From the NCBI GenBank assembly GCA_013239625.1, contig MU053754.1, forward strand, positions 555,379-619,378: a DNA stretch of 64,000 bases, given 5' to 3'. Positions 1-12,955 of the stretch are shown piece by piece. Each line of letters begins with the position of its first letter. Position 1 is the first letter of the stretch. The position numbers and the translations under genes are program-made. Below the pieces are notes generated by a model. That model had not been told where the DNA came from, did not search any database, and saw only the letters and a program-made list of their open reading frames with translations. This DNA comes from Lama guanicoe (lineage: Eukaryota).

Positions 1-954
1 GTGGAGTCTGTGTTCCATGACTTTTTGTGGCCCCTTTGCCATCTTTCCTGGGTTCAGGATTCTTGGTGCAGTGTCCGCAAGTCTAATGTGGGTATTGCAG
101 TTCCCCAGTGGAAGCCGGCATTGCGGGTGCGGTCCAGTCCAAGAACGATGGGCTTGTTGAAAGCTGTTATACGAGGAACAGATCAATGGGCTCAAATGCA
201 CGTTAAGGTGCATTCCGCGTGAGGCTGCTGAAGCTGCACTGGGAAGTGACAGATGGCGTGTGTGAGGGCTTACTGCAGGGGACGTGCCCCAGTCATCCCC
301 GGCATGGGTGCGCAGGGACTTTCCAGGCACTGGCGATGAATTCTGTGACATTATGACAGATCAGAATCTCTAACATCAGCCGCAGTGCTGGAATGGGGTT
401 TAAGGAGGCTCCTCCATGTCATTCCCTTGCCTTTAGGCCCTGGCCGTCCTGTTGAGACAGCACTTCAGAATAGGACTTCCAACCTGCTTTCTTAGTCAGA
501 TTGTGTGAGACCCACTGGAGCGATATAGAAAATGCAAATTACAAAAGAGCTGAGCCCCAGCTGCTGAGTGGTTTATACTCAGATGACACACCGCTCTCTC
601 CCAACAACCCACACACCTCAACTTTCTCTCTCTCACCTTATGCGTATAACTCTACTTGGGCAAACGTGGCAGTGTCAGCCTAGATTTTAAAGACCCGGTG
701 GGTAGCAAGGATGGAACAATTGGGAGCTGGATGTAAAGTAGGTTATAAATAAAATCACATGCAAGGTCGTTCCATTAAATCACTGTGCTTTTAACATTAG
801 AATGTAAGTGAACCAGCCATCATGTTTTACAGTTAATCCAAATAGACTTTTCATGAGCCTGAAAGTTACAAAGCAATATTTACACTGACAGAGATAATTT
901 GGTTTCACGTATTTTGCACCAGAGAAATTCTTTATAAATTAATCTCAAAATACT

Positions 955-1170
955 GTGTGAAAGGGCATGAGATTTTGAATTAGAAGTCTTGGGTTTGGGT
1001 TCTGGGTTGACCATTGAACTCTTCACCCTCAGCAGTTCAAGGTCACTTAGGATTTTCAGCCAAATCATCTATAAAGAGGGGCTGCAAATAGCAGCTCTTC
1101 CATCATGTTCGTACAAGAGCCTCACAGAGAGCTAATGTATGTGAAAGAATACGGCTAGCTGCAGAGTTCA
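955..1170 (+). mobile_element. MIR SINE, diverged
   Basis: MIR-core-like sequence (ggtcactta...catctataaagagggg...aatgtatgtgaaag) in sense orientation; boundaries approximate. Confidence 0.6.
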
Positions 1171-2564
1171 GTGCAGATTTAGAGATGTCATAAAAGTATA
1201 TAGTCCTTGCTTTAAATAGCAATATATATACATTTTTCTTTTAGAATTTTATTCATAAGAAATTAATATGAATAGTAATGGTAATTCTATTACTTGAATA
1301 GTAATTCTAATTCCTTGAGTAGTAAAACTAAGTGTAATTTCTTTTCCTGCCTATGCCATTTGATAGCAAGACAATGATGTTTAAGGCTTTCATGGGTTTA
1401 ATAGATAGTGGAGATTAGAACTCCTTTAAAAAATGATCAGATTTGTCCTTGAATAATAAAAAGAGATTGCAGTCAAATAAGTATTCAGTTGGCCTTTTTC
1501 AATCTCAACTTTCTGAGCAATTTCCTAAAGAATCATTGATATTTGGCGCCTCTTTAGAAACTCACAGAATAAATATTTAGGAAGGAATTCTCTTTTAGAA
1601 AGATACAAGGTGTAAGCAGCATTGAGTGCATGTCTAAGGTGTGCAGAATATCTAGAATATGTTACATAACTGGAGTTCTGATGGGGCTCAAAGTGAGAAC
1701 ACAATGGGACCTTCTGGTGAAGCTTGCTAAAGCTTTGTCCTTTCCACCCACCTTAATTCCACTTGTATGAGCCAATTCATTTGGGGCCGTAAGAACACTG
1801 GGGCAGGGCAAGAAGCCTCAAACAGTGCCAGCAATCGCAACAAACAGATAAATGTCTGGTGGACCGTGGGCAGGGGTGGGGCTGGGGTAAGATGGGGAGG
1901 GAGGGACTGAGACACCTTGGAAGAGCCAGGTCCCAAAAGTGGCTGCTGAGGTCACACTCAAATACAGGGGGGAAGCTTTCAGCAGCGTGGTAAGAACGAT
2001 GGAATGGCAGACAAGGTCCAGGTTCATCCACCGTCCTGGTGGCACATGAGGGCTCTTGGAAGAATGCTCAGTCAGAGACAGAAGAGCTATTTCTGGGAAA
2101 AGGAGCTTCTTGAAAGTAGTAGACCCTGTCCTGCTGGATGTAAGCCAGTGCGCATGACACGTGGAGAAGTAGCTTCTCCTGAGCCCCGGAGGGGAAGGGG
2201 AGTCCCTGAGCTGCTGGAGTCCCATTTCCTCTTATCCAAAATAATAACTTCCCTCAGTGTAAAAGCCTTGTGGAGTTGCAGTTTCTTGACTTACAGCTGA
2301 AATTGTCCTGAATGATAGAAGTCTTTTTTCTGGGGTAAAGGATGGGTTATTAGAAGACCCAGGGGGAAATGAGAAGGGAACTGTGCTTTTATTCTCTCCA
2401 CCACTGCCTGTGTCTGACGAGAGATTGAGGCCAGGAGGAGAGAGGAGTGGTGACCTTGCTTCTCCTTGCTCTTGCGTGGTCAGCTCCCTCTCCTTCATTC
2501 TGTCACATCCCCATCCTCAGTGTAAGCAGTACTGATGACTTGATGATGGCTCGTCCTAACACAA

Positions 2565-2700
2565 ACCTCAATTCGTTCATCATACATTTGCAGAGAGAAC
2601 CCATCATATGCAGGGTAAAACTCTAGATTGCTGGGGAGCCATAAGTCAGTGAGTAGACCTGGTGTCTTCAACCAAAAAGCTTAAAGGAAAAATAAAGTAG
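2565..2700 (-). mobile_element. L2 LINE 3' end fragment
   Basis: ttcgttcatcatacatttg...ctagattgctgggg resembles the antisense L2 3' terminus. Confidence 0.45.
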
Positions 2701-4733
2701 AAATATCATCGAGATGAGAATGCTCTTCTTAAACCCTTCAGTATTCTCAAAGGCTTCTCAAGAAAGGGTGGGTGAGAAAAGCATGAGTCTCTGCTTGACT
2801 CTGGTTTTGGCAGAACTTTTACTTATGACCCTGGTGTCGGAATTAAGCTCCGGGCTGTGGTGTTTGCCTTCCAGGAAGTCACTGGCAAACACCCACCCTT
2901 GGTTTGTTTTCAGGTTTGCTGCCCGTCTGATCTCCAAGCTCGTCAATCAGCCAGGAAGCACGTATCCTACACACCCCAGCTCCGGTAAATCACTGGGCCA
3001 GAGCCAGGCTGCCAGTTTCAGAAGATAAAGCATATTCCACTCAGAAATCACATTCACTTACGCAGAATGTATGTGTTTTATTTTTCATAACTCTTGAGTG
3101 TTAAGCCATAAATGTGAGCTGATGAGAGATACGGCATGATTAGGCATTAGAGATAACCTACCAGATTAGGTGGATAGCAGACACGCAAAATACAATCCCT
3201 TCCCTTCCTCTTGGACTTCTCTCTGTTTGCTCTGCGGGTGGAGAAGTAACTTGTTAGAGGGGATTAACTGATACAAGCTTCTGAAAGTGAGTACAAAGTG
3301 GTGCCCATCCGTGTATGATGGGGTAGTTGGGAAGGTAAGAGTAGAATGTCTAATGGCACGTTTCTTGGTGGCCAAGGCTAAGGTGTGCAGAATAATGAGG
3401 GCATTCTAATCATCAGAACGTAGTGCACTCTGTTAATTCAAGTATTGCTGGCTGCTTACAGTAATGCTACACTGAAAGCTGGTGACCAAGGTCTGTTTCA
3501 AATGTAACTGAAGAAATACCTAAGGGGCAACCACGGTGCAGGAGGAACAAATCTGGAGACTAAGGAGATGCGTTGAACTCCTCCACGACTCCAGCACCAC
3601 CAGTGGTACATTTCAGACTTCAGCTCTGCCTGCTCCGCCAGTGCCTTCAGCCGCCACCCGACGGGACATCTTCCCTGATCTTACCTGGAGTGTAGGAAAG
3701 GCTCTCGTTGGTAGTGTTGAGAAACAAATCGATAAATAAATAATGTAAGCTGAATACAGTGCATGGCGTAAATGCATAGTGAGGAGAGTGCCTGGTTAAT
3801 GCATTTACGCAGTTTTAGCCACACTCATATTCACTTGAACCTCTTTTCAATTGATAATTTGGTAAATGAGACATGGAGGTCTTTAAGACGAAGATACCAG
3901 GATTTGGGAGATATGTGTTCTGTACTTCTAGGATGCTACAGTATTTCTAGATCCAAAATGTTGAAATTTTGCAAGGCACAGTAAACTAGAGCTGTCTTTT
4001 CTGGGCACATGGATTAAAGTTAAAAGGAGCAGAGGCAAAGTTGAGTGGGATGTAATGAATTTCCCCGGGGGTTAAAAGTGTAAATTTAACAATTGCATCA
4101 TCAATTAACCTGCTGGCTGAAGAACGTTGCTAGGCCCTGTCAGGTTAGGGTCAGAGGGAAGTGAGATGTTCATTCATGACTGGAATTCCATACCAGGCTT
4201 TTGTCTAAGACGTGTGACTTTGAGATTTTGCCCAGTGACAACCAAGAAAGATGCTGTGTGCAGTCCATGAAGGCACAGGTTACACAGAATGAAATTATAT
4301 CGCCGGCAGATCAGTAAGGCCAAGTCAGAGGAGCACATGGTATCTGACTTAGAAGCTTTGTGACACGAGTGAAGTGACCAGTCGGGAGACATATTCTGCA
4401 AATGCTGCTAGAGATGGCTTTGATGGAGACGATTAAGGAACTGTACCGATGCAAGACGCGTGATGGCTGAAACTAAAACATACGGAAATAAAAACGCTGC
4501 AGATAAAGTTCATGGCTTTGTGTGACGCTCTTCCTTAGAGCAATCTTCCAGTTCTTCCCACCATTTCCTTTTGGACCCATCCGCATGTCTGGCATGATGT
4601 TTTGCGTAGTGGCCACTCAGAAAATTGCAGTCAGTGTTTAAGTATCAGACGGAGGGATGTCATCGACTGTAATGCTAGAAGCCATTTCAGCCCTTATCCT
4701 CTGACACAGCCTCTTCCAATTCAACAGGTGCCA

Positions 4734-5190
4734 CGCAGGGGGGCAAACTCGTCTTTTTCCTCTATTCCTTTAAATTATCAGCTGGGACCCCTGGAACAAG
4801 AGACAGAGAACAAGAGAAAAGCATACACATTTATTTAGCATAAGTTTTACGTGATGCAGATGCCTACGTCGGGAATGAAGGTCTGAAGAAACGGATAAAC
4901 TTGAGTATTTCTGTGCCAGGTTTGATGAAGAGGGAATGTCGTGTATCGAGACCATAGTACAGAGGTGAGGGGAGAGCAGGGAACGGGGGGAGCTGAGCAA
5001 GGCCTGTGCCTTTGCGTTCTGCTGCGTGTCCCTTCATCTGCTGAGGTCGAGATGCTCCTCTCCTCCCGGTGTGAGGAGGGGACCTCTAGTTGAGGGCTTT
5101 CTGCAAGTGCCATTCCTCAGATTCTTTCAGCAGGGAATATTCATTTTGCCAAGGTGCCATATTTTGAAGTAGTGTGTCCTGAACGCCAGT
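4734..5190 (-). mobile_element. ERV1 solo LTR, MER34-like
   Basis: Right end (tgccaaggtgccatattttgaagtagtgtgtcctgaac) is the reverse complement of the recalled MER34-type start; minus-strand AATAAA (tttatt) near 4830. Confidence 0.6.
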
Positions 5191-5256
5191 GGCAGAGACC
5201 CAAACAAATCACGTGGTTAAAACCCCTCTCTTACACTCAATCCAGTGCTCTCGACT

Positions 5257-5481
5257 CTGTGCAGTTCCATGATCTGTAGTACATCTGTGCAATACCACTC
5301 TCCATAGTACATCTATGCAGTACCATCTTCCATTACTGCATCTGTGCGGTACCATCCTCCTAGCACGTCCGTGCAGTACCATCCTCCCTAGTACTTCCGT
5401 GCGGTACCATAGTCCACAGCACGTCTGTGCCATACCATCGTCCACTAGTACATCTGTGCGGTACCATTTTCCATAGTACGT
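5257..5481. repeat. Minisatellite, ~8 degenerate copies of a 28-29 bp unit (consensus about CTGTGCGGTACCATCCTCCATAGTACAT)
   Basis: Periodic ctgtgc..taccat..tagtacat motif read directly; explains the repetitive ORF 5209..5490. Confidence 0.9.
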
Positions 5482-6898
5482 TGTTTGCATTCCGTGACTT
5501 GGCTATTAAATATGTTAAGTTGGAAAAGTCAAAATCTTCTATTTAGTCATTTAATAAGAAAAAAGAAAAAAACCTTGTGTTTTCTCATACTTAAATTCTG
5601 TTTTCCTGTCATGGCGCCCAAGTATATTCTATAAGAGTCTGCATGTATTTCTAGAAAGGAATTCTGTGAAGGCATTATATAGCATTGTTTTAGCACAGCA
5701 GGTCAGGAACACGTCTGTTCTATAAATTAAACCAGACTTACTACAGTTTCCTGTTTTATTTGGTCACATGGCTGTCGTGACCATTTATGGACTCATTTTT
5801 TATTTCTCTGAGGTTTCTTATTGGGAGTTGTGCGTTTTGGAACGTTCATTTCACCAATGTTTGTGGAATACCTAATATTATTAAGCAGTAATTGGAGGGG
5901 GCTGCCCAAATCAGCAAGACTGTTACAGACACAAGGGATCGCAGAGCAGCTAACTTGGAAAGAGCAGAATGTGAAGCGTGTGGGGAAAAGTGAAACAGGA
6001 AGAGGCTGTGGAAACGCTGGACCCCTCCTTTCCCTGAGCTCTGTATTCAGTGTCCTTTTCATTTACGTTCTTAAATCTTCGTGAGATAGTATGTGATTCA
6101 TTTGAGTATGTTTTCTTGCTTTCTCTTACATGCTGCCTGCAGGCGATTAAATCTGAACATCTTGGTTGCAAGATGTATTGTGTCCCCTTCAGTGTAGTGA
6201 CGGAATGTGTCTTGATTCATTGCGACCTTGGTTAATCTACTGCAGGACAGGCGCGAACTGCAATCATTTACCTCCTAAGAGGGTCAGTGTGTTTCCCTCA
6301 TTCCCAGGGTCTCCTAGTCTCCAGATGCTCTCAGGCCTGCGGAGAAACTGCCTGGGGCCCCGGTTCTGAGGCTTCTGCTCACATGATTTTCTTGGACCGT
6401 CCCTTTCGTCCTGTCCCCACCTCCCACGTCCTCCTCACCCCTCAAGGTCTCCTTCATTCCCTCTGTTATCCCCATCCCTCTCTGTCTTCCCCCATCCCTC
6501 CCTCTGTTGGTGGTACGTGGCCCTCCCGCCCCTCACTGGTGGTATCGTTTTTATTTACACTGAAGCTGATAGTTTTTGAAAAATATTCCTGTGCTCTTGC
6601 TTGTCCTTGGGCGCAGCTTCCCCCCTCCAGTGAACCAGAATCATCCATCAACTGAAATGCCGATAAGGATTTCTAAAGCGGGACAGAGAAGAAATAATGA
6701 GGTCATTGTTCACCTCCACTCCCAAAGCCTGCTCTTTCTTTGAGAATATAAGGTGAAGCAGGCAGTCTTGAAAGGCGGGCTTTAGCTGGGAGACAGGGGA
6801 TTTAGAGGCAGCTTTACATATCAAAAGGAAAGCTGGGCGGCCAGCCTGTCAAGTCTTACTTAAGTCCTGGAGTAGAGAGTAGAGAGTAGGACTTTCGG

Positions 6899-7213
6899 CA
6901 GGGACCGGCAGACTTGCTCCGTCCTATGTCATACAGTAAGTATTTTAGGCTTTGCAGCCAGTCCGCATTGCATTGCAGTGTGAAAGCACCTGCAGACAAG
7001 GCGCCAGCCAAGGAGCTGGTCTGTGCGCCAGTGAGATGCTGTTTATGGCCGAAACTAGAATTGAAATAATTTTCTTGTCTCACCAAACCTGCCTTTGATT
7101 TTTCCCAACTAAAACAAAATGTTAAAAAACAAAAACATTCTTTCTTTCATGAACCGTAAAAAAAAAGGGCCAGACCTGGATTTGTCCTCTTTGGGCTAGT
7201 TCACGGGCCCCTG
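6899..7213. mobile_element. MER58B-like hAT-Charlie DNA transposon
   Basis: Termini cagggaccggcagact and agttcacgggcccctg match MER58 terminal inverted repeats; internal agtaagtattttaggctttgcagcca is typical. Confidence 0.7.
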
Positions 7214-7732
7214 ACTTAAATGAAGGCTCTCTTCCCGCAAAAACTTCAGGCAGGCACAGGAGGCAGGAAAGGAAATAGCCATTTAAGTGGTGCAGTGGTG
7301 AATCGCGAGACTCCTTTGGAGTCGCCTGCTGCGGAATAGGGCAACACCCAGCAAGGGAAGCCGGAAGCAGAGGGGCATTTGCCCTTCTTGCAGTTGGAAA
7401 TTCTAGAACACAACAGTGTTGGAGACTGCCCCCAGCGAACGTGGGGAGAGGGGGTGTTTGGTGGAGTAGAAAGGGTGGCGATTCTGGTGAAGAGGAGGGC
7501 TGAGCCTCCCACGTGTGAGCCTGCCTCTGCTTCGCGCTGGCAGAGGGGAGCCAGCTGGTCGTAGGGACTATCTACGGGGGGCAGAGAAAGTGGCTGTTGG
7601 TGGTGACTCGATATGGTGTTGTGGCAAGGGGCAAGGTGACCTCACAGCAGAGGCAGTCGGGGTGGAGCGTAGGTGACATTTGGAGGAGGAGGAGGAGAGA
7701 AAGTAGCCCTTTCAGGAGCCGACTCGTAGAGA

Positions 7733-8530
7733 TGATACAGGAAACACATGGGGCGAGAGGATGCCGTGTCCCAGGTCTCAGTTGAGTCCCTGGGATGTGC
7801 CCCGCCAAGTGTGGGTCCTTGGCTTCTCTCAGGAAAGGATTCAAGAGTGAGCCACAGTAGAGTAAAGGCGGACTTTTTTTTTTTAATATTTTTTATTGAT
7901 TTATAATCATTTTACAATGTTGACTAAAGGCGCACTTACTGAGAGAGATACACACTCCATAGAGTGCAGGCTGCTTCAGAAGGCCCGAGAAAGGCCGCGA
8001 GGTGTGGGGTTGTTAATCCTTACGGACTCCGTGACTTCACATGCCGACAAGTGGGAGGTTTATTCCAGCTACTTTGGGGAAGAAGTGGTGATTCCGAGGA
8101 GCTGGGCCACTGGTCAGCCCTGTAGCTGTCGTGGCGCTCGTGGGAATGCCATTTACTGCTACTGTATTACAGGAAAGGCGGACTTATTGAGAGAGATACA
8201 CACTCCACAGAGTACAGGCTGCTTCAGAAGGCCCGAGAAAGGCCACGAGGTGTGGGGTCGTTAATCGTTATGGGCTCCGTAACTTCACATGCCGACAAGT
8301 GGCAGGCTTATTCCAGCTGCTTTGGGGAAGAAGCGGAAGTGGGCCACTGGTCAGCCCCGGAGCTGTCGTGGCGCTCGTGGGAATGCCATTTACTGCTACT
8401 GTATTACAGGGAGCGTTTCATGAAGCTCAAGGTCACTGGAGGGCAAGTCTGCCGCCATCTTGGACCTCAAGGCCAGTTGGGAGTTGAATTTTCCTCTGCC
8501 TTGGTGTTAATTGCTGTGTCATTTCTCGAA
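7733..8530 (-). mobile_element. ERV1-type solo LTR with internal ~240 bp tandem duplication and a nested mini-L1
   Basis: Colinear with the LTR at 21342-21881 (gtgtccca..gagtccctgg..gggtccttggct..caggaaag..ttcaag..gagagagatacacactcca); right boundary approximate. Confidence 0.75.
7876..7924 (-). mobile_element. Extremely 5'-truncated L1 (poly-A plus ~35 nt of 3' UTR)
   Basis: Poly-T then tttattgatttataatcattttacaatgttg, matching the L1 end near 59612; TSD taaaggcggactt (7863-7875) / taaaggcgcactt (7925-7937). Confidence 0.8.
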
Positions 8531-9485
8531 TAGAATGGAAACAGCAGTACATTTCATGCATTTCCTCCTAAGCTGCCTCAATACTGATATTCATTATTTA
8601 TCTCCTCTCAAAACTGGCAGTTCTTTGAGAATATAGTTCATTTCTCAGTGCCCTTTGTCACTCAAAATCCAGCCTGGCTACTTTGGAAATAACAGATGCT
8701 TGATGATTCTTTGTAGAATTAAGATGTTATGGCTTATTATATACACCCCAATTACGTTATGAAGGAACCAAAGACCCAAACTCACATGTTTTCCATTGAG
8801 GCTCTACTGTGGAATTTTTTCATGATGGTTTGTCTAATCTTCACTGTCATTAATGCTCATACATTCTTTAGCGAGAATATTTATACATATTGATAAAATT
8901 TGCATCGACTATATCCTTGACAAAGTTAATGTTTATCTTCCTCTTTTCTCTAACTTTTCAGTCATCTCTCAGTATTAGTGTTCTTTGTCAGTGTAGTGTG
9001 TATAAACTGACACTTTCTTCCTTTCTTGACACCAGCTGACACTTATAACATAGGCGGTAAATTGGTTTGTCAAGAGCTGTGTTTGCGGAAAGATCTTTAT
9101 GGAGCTTTGAAAGTAAAATATCTTGAAAGGTATCTCTTTACCTGAATTTCATTTGTCCAAAAACATGGTACTTGGGACAGGATTTCATAATGTGGACGTT
9201 TTGGCACTTTGGAGAGTGTGTAAAGGAAAATGGATTGTTTTTCTTAAACCCCAGTGCAAATCTGCATTGAATTGAATGACAAGAAGAAATCTGACAAGGA
9301 TTTCAGTGTTGTATTCAGTGAAATATGTGAATGCACAATAGGAATATTCTCTACTCTGATTATAATATGGGGGTGAGCTTGAGCTTTGTTCATTTCTCTT
9401 ACTATATCAAATGGAAAATAAAATGACCATCCATCACGTATAATGATTATAGTTTCCTGAAATATAATTTTTTTCCCTGGGAAGC

Positions 9486-9859
9486 TGTTTTAGGCTGAAT
9501 TGTGTCACTCTAAAAATTTATATGTTGAAGTTCCAACAGCTAGGACCTCAGAACGTGACTGTGTTTGGAAATAGGGTCTTTAGGGAGGTAATTAAGGTGA
9601 AAGGAAGTCATTAGGGTGCGCCCTAATCCCGTATGACTGATGTCCTTATAAGAAGTGGAGATGAGGACACACACACACATAGAGGGACGACCACGTGAGG
9701 ACACATGGAAGAGATGGCCGTCTACACACCAAGGAGAGAGGGCTCAGGAGGAACCAGCCCTGCCGACATCTTGATCTCAGATTCCAGCCTCCAGAGCTGT
9801 GAAATCCATTTCTGTTGCTTTGTGGTGCTTTCTTATGGCAGCGCTGGCAAACTAATGCA
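9486..9859 (+). mobile_element. MaLR solo LTR, MLT1B-like
   Basis: TG..CA ends, 5-bp TSD GAAGC (9481-9485 / 9860-9864), hallmark ggctgaattgtgtc..gtgactgtgtttggaaatagggtcttt..ttccagcctccagagctgtga. Confidence 0.9.
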
Positions 9860-11069
9860 GAAGCATTTGGGGATTTGTAGGCCCCAGGGGGTTTGGATGA
9901 TTAACCTGGGTATTATTACAGCATCTTTCCTCTCGCTGGGTGTCTCTTAGCCCACGACCTCCCTTTATTCAGACAGACACACACCTGGAGCGGTTCAAGC
10001 ACACAGGACAGCAGGCCTAGGTTGTGCTCAGTTGGACGATGTCTGGATGTCGAGGTGTAACTAGGGGATGGCCCCCAGAGGCCTCTTGGAGTACAGCTGA
10101 CTTGAGTGAGTCCTAGAAGTCCCAGGTTTCATCCTTAGCTGTGAAGCTACAGAAACTTGATCCAGTGGGAACCCAGCAGGGGGTGGGTTCACTTTAGGGT
10201 TGACAGCACAGTCCGTAAGATCAGTCAGGTGATCAGTCAGATTTCAGTCCTCTCATCTGCCTCCTCTTTAAAGGTCCCCCGGACACCATTATTCTAAACG
10301 CGGTGTGTTGGTTTTGTTCAACATTCGGAGGCGTGTAGACACTCACGTGCTTTAACCGCCCTCACAGGGTTATCCTTCTGTCCAGGAGGCTGCTGTGCAT
10401 GCACGTCGCTCAGTCATTGTTGCTGTGACTTGGGTGCTCTCCCTGGTGTTGTTACGGAGACAAGCAGCTCAGGTTACCTGAATGTCTCCTGAGGGCCACG
10501 GGGCACCGTAACTGAGGAGCTCTGCCACTCCTGCTGCTGCTGCTTCTTCCTCCTCTTCTGCTTCTCATCCTCCTCCTCTTCCCCATCCCCCTTCTTTGCA
10601 GGAGAAATGCTGCAAATAAAAGAAAGTTAATAAGAACTAGTTTACAGAGATGCTGTATCCCAACAGTCTACTCACAAATTAATTTGTAATTCTGTGGTTC
10701 TTTGGGATACAAATGATAAATGGAAGTTGTTTTCCTGGTCAGTTTGCAAAATATCTGTGAATCATGATATACGTGGAAGTAGTCAGTCATTCAGCTGCAT
10801 TTGTTTGAATTAAATGTCCTGTATTTGGAAGTCGAACCACCATTTATAATCATGCATATTTTTACAGTATGCAATAAGAGTGTATGTTTTGCACATTGAT
10901 CAAGGAACAACAATACTAAAAACGATAATTTGAGGATATTTTCTTGAAATAAAGGATGCTTTGAATCTCCACATTGGAAAGGCACACTCAGGAGGCAGGA
11001 AAACCAACTGCTAAATGATAAATGTAAAGATATGTTATAAGAAGATGATCAGACTTTAAAGAAGTTGAA

Positions 11070-11249
11070 AAGTAGCATCTTCCCCTAGAGCCTCCAGAAA
11101 GAAAGACCATCCTGCCAACACTTTCATTTTAGGACCATGAGATGTTTTCAGACTTCTGATCCCCGGAACTATGAGACAATTAACTTGTGTTGTTTTAAGC
11201 CACTAAATGTGTGGTTGGCTGATACAACAGCAATAGGAAAACCGTACGG
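11070..11249 (+). mobile_element. MLT1 (MLT1D-like) LTR 3' fragment
   Basis: cccctagagcctccagaaag..gacttctga..tgtgttgttttaagccactaaatgtgtggt..cagcaataggaaa. Confidence 0.75.
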
Positions 11250-12749
11250 TATCCATTTTGTTTTCAGTTGCTCTTTCTATTTTTTGGAAAAGGACTTATG
11301 GAGATTTAAAGAGTCTAACTACGGTCATCTTGTCTCTGTCCAAGGTGCCATTCTCTAGACAATGATTACTTTAAACTTTAGGGCACAGGATGAAGTTGAA
11401 TGCAACTTATCAAATATTTGCTTCCCCCAAACCATGACTGGAAGCAATATTTTATGGGTAAGAAAATGGGGTTCATGATATTGCCTCTTAAAAAAACCTC
11501 TGTTTTCATAGAAAATATTCTGGGCTTGCTCATTGTTTACAGCAAGGAAAAAGAAGTTTGTGTTCAATTTTTCATTCCCTTTCACCAACACACTTGTTAT
11601 GGATATTGAAATCATTCCTAGGTATCTTCCCTGTAAGTAACACATTTGTACTTTTCAAAAACCATTCTAGAGACATCAAAGCTCTGAGCTAGTGAAAACC
11701 ATCTGTTTGTAGCCAAGAAAGGATGAGCCACAATTGCCTGAATCTTTGGGGACTGCACTGTATGACCCTTTGATTAGAAACTGTGAAGAGATGAATAAAT
11801 ACAAGGACTTTTTGCAAACGCCCTTTCAGATGTAGTGAATGCAGATGCTCGATTGGTCATGTGACGGATCGACTCACAATATACTGAAGGGAGATAGTTA
11901 AATATGTGAAACTGGTTCTGCCATATTTTTAACAGATAGAATGTTCCTTTCTAGGTTCTTAATCTCTTCCATTATGGTCAAGCCTTTTTGCTTAAGATGG
12001 AAAAAAAAAAACCAAAAACCCCAAACCTTCTAACCCATCTTCCTTTTTGCCCTGGTAAGACACTGTCTGCACCCCACCCTCTCGAAGTTCTAATGCCCTA
12101 GAGAATTTTCAGGAAAGGATGGCCTGTTTTCCCTGACCTTCTCTTGTGAAGCAGTGGTTGACAGAGATACATAACTTACAGTAATAGTCATCTGGAACCT
12201 GGGACTCATCTTACAATATAGGTCACATTTTGTATGATGATGGAAATCTCCTGTGTGCCTCAGAAGGATGACTTCAGGTCATGAGACTTCAGGGAGCCTA
12301 GATTCTCAAATCAGATCTCAGACCAAATCAAATGCAACTTTGCAGACTTGTGTACAGATGAACGCTCTCAGTGGAGCGAGCGTTGGCAAACAACTTCACG
12401 GTGCAGAGTCAGTAACCACTGAAGTGCTTTCTCCTGAGTCCGGTGTCTTGCAGACCCTGGAGTTACTATGAAACATCTCTCTCTCTCTTTCTTATACTAC
12501 ATATATTTTTACAAAGATGTCTGAACTCCTGCAATTACTATTTCATTAATCCTCTCTCCAGCAGTCCAGGGGACTAGGCCTACAAAGCATCTTATTTCCA
12601 CAGAGGTTAGAGGAAAAGTCCAGAGAGGTTTCAGAGTTACAGTGTGGTCAGTTAGTGATGGCGTGGTTGAACACACACACGAAGCTTATTCACCCCAGTC
12701 CTCTGCAGAGAGAGCCAGCCTTTCTCACTATCAAAGACACAGCCAGACT

Positions 12750-12955
12750 CGGGTAGGGGGTTAAGGGGTACATACTACTATGCATAAAATAAATAAGCTA
12801 CAAGGATATATTGTACAGCTCATGGAATATAACCAGTATTTTTTAATAACTGTAAATGGAGTATAATCTTTAAAAATTGTGTATCAGTTTATCATATACC
12901 TGAAAGATACAATATCTTACAGCAACTATATATATGTCAATTGGAGATTTAAAAA
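12750..12955 (+). mobile_element. L1 3' UTR fragment
   Basis: aaataaataagctacaaggatatattgtacagc..ggaatataacca..ataactgtaaatggagtataatctttaaaaattgtg is a typical L1 3' end. Confidence 0.75.

Noticed and set aside
3680..3730. Minus-strand recursive splice site-like motif (cctttcctacactccag|gtaag)
   Set aside because: Opposite to the inferred host strand, short pyrimidine tract, no independent support.
5209..5490. Repeat array as CRISPR or a repeat protein
   Set aside because: Units are head-to-tail with no unique spacers, there are no cas genes, and the context is eukaryotic.
10172..10187. CTCF-like CCAGCAGGGGGTGG
   Set aside because: The 3' end departs from the GGCGC/GGCAC consensus; too weak without data.
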